Shown here piece after piece: positions 62,619 through 64,000 of a DNA stretch of 64,000 nt; the stretch's first letter is position 1; every line of letters starts with the position of its first letter. A model generated the notes under the pieces. The model worked only from the letters and a program-made list of their open reading frames with translations, did no database searches and was not told where the DNA came from. The DNA is taken from positions 62,001 through 126,000 of the forward strand of contig AP026129.1 of the NCBI GenBank assembly GCA_030295235.1. The letters are read 5' to 3'. The position numbers and the translations under genes are program-made. This DNA is from Fistulifera solaris. Its lineage: Eukaryota.

Positions 62619-64000
62619 ATGACTGATCTTCAAAAACTCGACGAACTCGTCAAGCGTGTCAACGCGGCTCAGAAAGTCTTCGCCACGTACTCACAAGAAC
62701 AAGTCGACCAGATCTTCCGTCGCGGCAGCGTTGGCGGCCGATGCTCGCATCCCCTTGGCTACCATGGCCGCTGAAGAGTCCGGAATGGGTGTCATTGAAG
62801 ATAAAGTCATCAAGAATCACTTTAGTTCGGAGTACATCTACAACAAATACAAGGATGAAAAGACCTGTGGAGTTCTCGGTCGATGACGAAATGGGCATCA
62901 TGATCCTCGCAGAGCCCATTGGAACGATATGCGGCGTTGTTCCCTGCACGAACCCAACGTCTACGACTATTTTCAAGGTAAATACCATCATGATCATTTT
63001 CGTTAAACAATTGTCTGCTTCAACCGCTCACAAACTCGGTTTGTTCAACGCGAGCTCATTTGCTTGAAGACGCGCAACGCGATCGTCTTTTCTCCCCATC
63101 CACGCACCAAAAAAGTCTACCGCGTACACTCGCGAAATTGGTCTTGGACGCAGCAGTGGCTGCAGGAGCTCCTCCAGATATTATTGGCTGGATTGAAGAG
63201 CCTACTTTGGTCCTATCGCAAGCTCTGATGCATCATGACGGCATTGATCTCATCCTCGCTGACGGGTGGGCCAGCCATGGTCAAGGCGGCCTACTCTTCG
63301 GCAAAACCAGCTATCGGAGTGGGAGCTGGCAATACGCCAGTAGTAGTTGATGAAACAGCTGATGTCAAGCGCTGTATCGTCGATTCTCATGTCCAAGACA
63401 TTTGATAACGGGGTGGTGTGTGCCTCCGAACAATCGCGGTGTATTGTTGTCAATAGCATTTACGAACAAGTCAAAGAACGTTTTGCCAAGTACGGAGGTT
63501 ACTTCTTGAGTGCAGAGGAGGCGGAAAAAGTACGTGCTCTTCTCTTCATCAAGGGCTTTGAACGCTAAAATTGTCGGTCAATCGGCTCTCAAGATAGCTG
63601 AATTGGCTGGAATCACCGTCCCACCTTACACCAAAGTGCTTATTGGTGAGGGCAAGGTCTTGTCAGATGAAGATGACTTTGCTCATGAAAAACTCTCTCC
63701 GACTTTAGGATTCTATCGTGCCAGCAATTTCAACGGGCGGTTGACATGGCTGTTACGGCTGTCGCCATGGGTGGCGTTGGTGTAAGTTTTAAAAGTCATC
63801 ATTCTTTGTTGCTGACTCTCTCTTTATGGTGCCTAACTTTATTCTTCTGGATTCAACAGCACACATCTTGTCTATACACGGACCAAGATAAGAACGACGA
63901 CCGCATTCAATACTTTGCCAAGAAAATGAAGACCGCTCGAATCTTGCTCAACACGCCCCACCCTCGCGGTGGAATTGGTGACTTGTACAACTTTGCACTG
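62619..64000 (+). CDS. adhE: Bifunctional acetaldehyde-CoA/alcohol dehydrogenase, ALDH half (intron-containing, truncated by window end)
   Basis: YSQEQVDQIFR, EESGMGVIEDKVIKNHF, YKDEKTCG, TNPTST, KTFDNGVVCASEQS, HEKLSP, HTSCLYTDQD and GGIGDLYNF. Introns from 62978 and 63782-63859; several indels. Confidence 0.93.

Noticed and set aside
62619..64000. Bacterial contamination or chimeric join at adhE
   Set aside because: GT-initiated introns interrupt the conserved protein, and the second has a clean CAG acceptor, so nuclear integration is more likely.

Overview
Gene-dense eukaryotic nuclear DNA, most consistent with a diatom (short GT-AG introns, signal peptide plus ASAFAP-like plastid targeting leaders, compact intergenic spaces). 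About 28 protein-coding loci are recognisable. They include RAD16-like helicase, a PDZ protein, Rab2, an M16 peptidase, a SASA esterase, mitochondrial uL29m, PRP22, a PPR protein, glutaminyl cyclase, REV3, MRE11, NDP-glucose 4,6-dehydratase, AspRS, an RCC1 protein, a TALE homeobox factor, an M8-like protease, ZMAT2, a SWC6-like protein and an intron-containing bacterial-type adhE. Many genes carry single-base frameshifts, often at homopolymers, which most likely reflect long-read consensus errors, so gene boundaries were reconstructed by eye. No rRNA, tRNA or CRISPR was found. The least explained structure is non-coding: a recurrent family of GACT...AGTC dyad elements upstream of genes, an excess of 7-bp tandem duplications and TACCWGGTA palindromes in intergenic DNA, and a 34-bp minisatellite next to an inverted-repeat-bounded decayed element.
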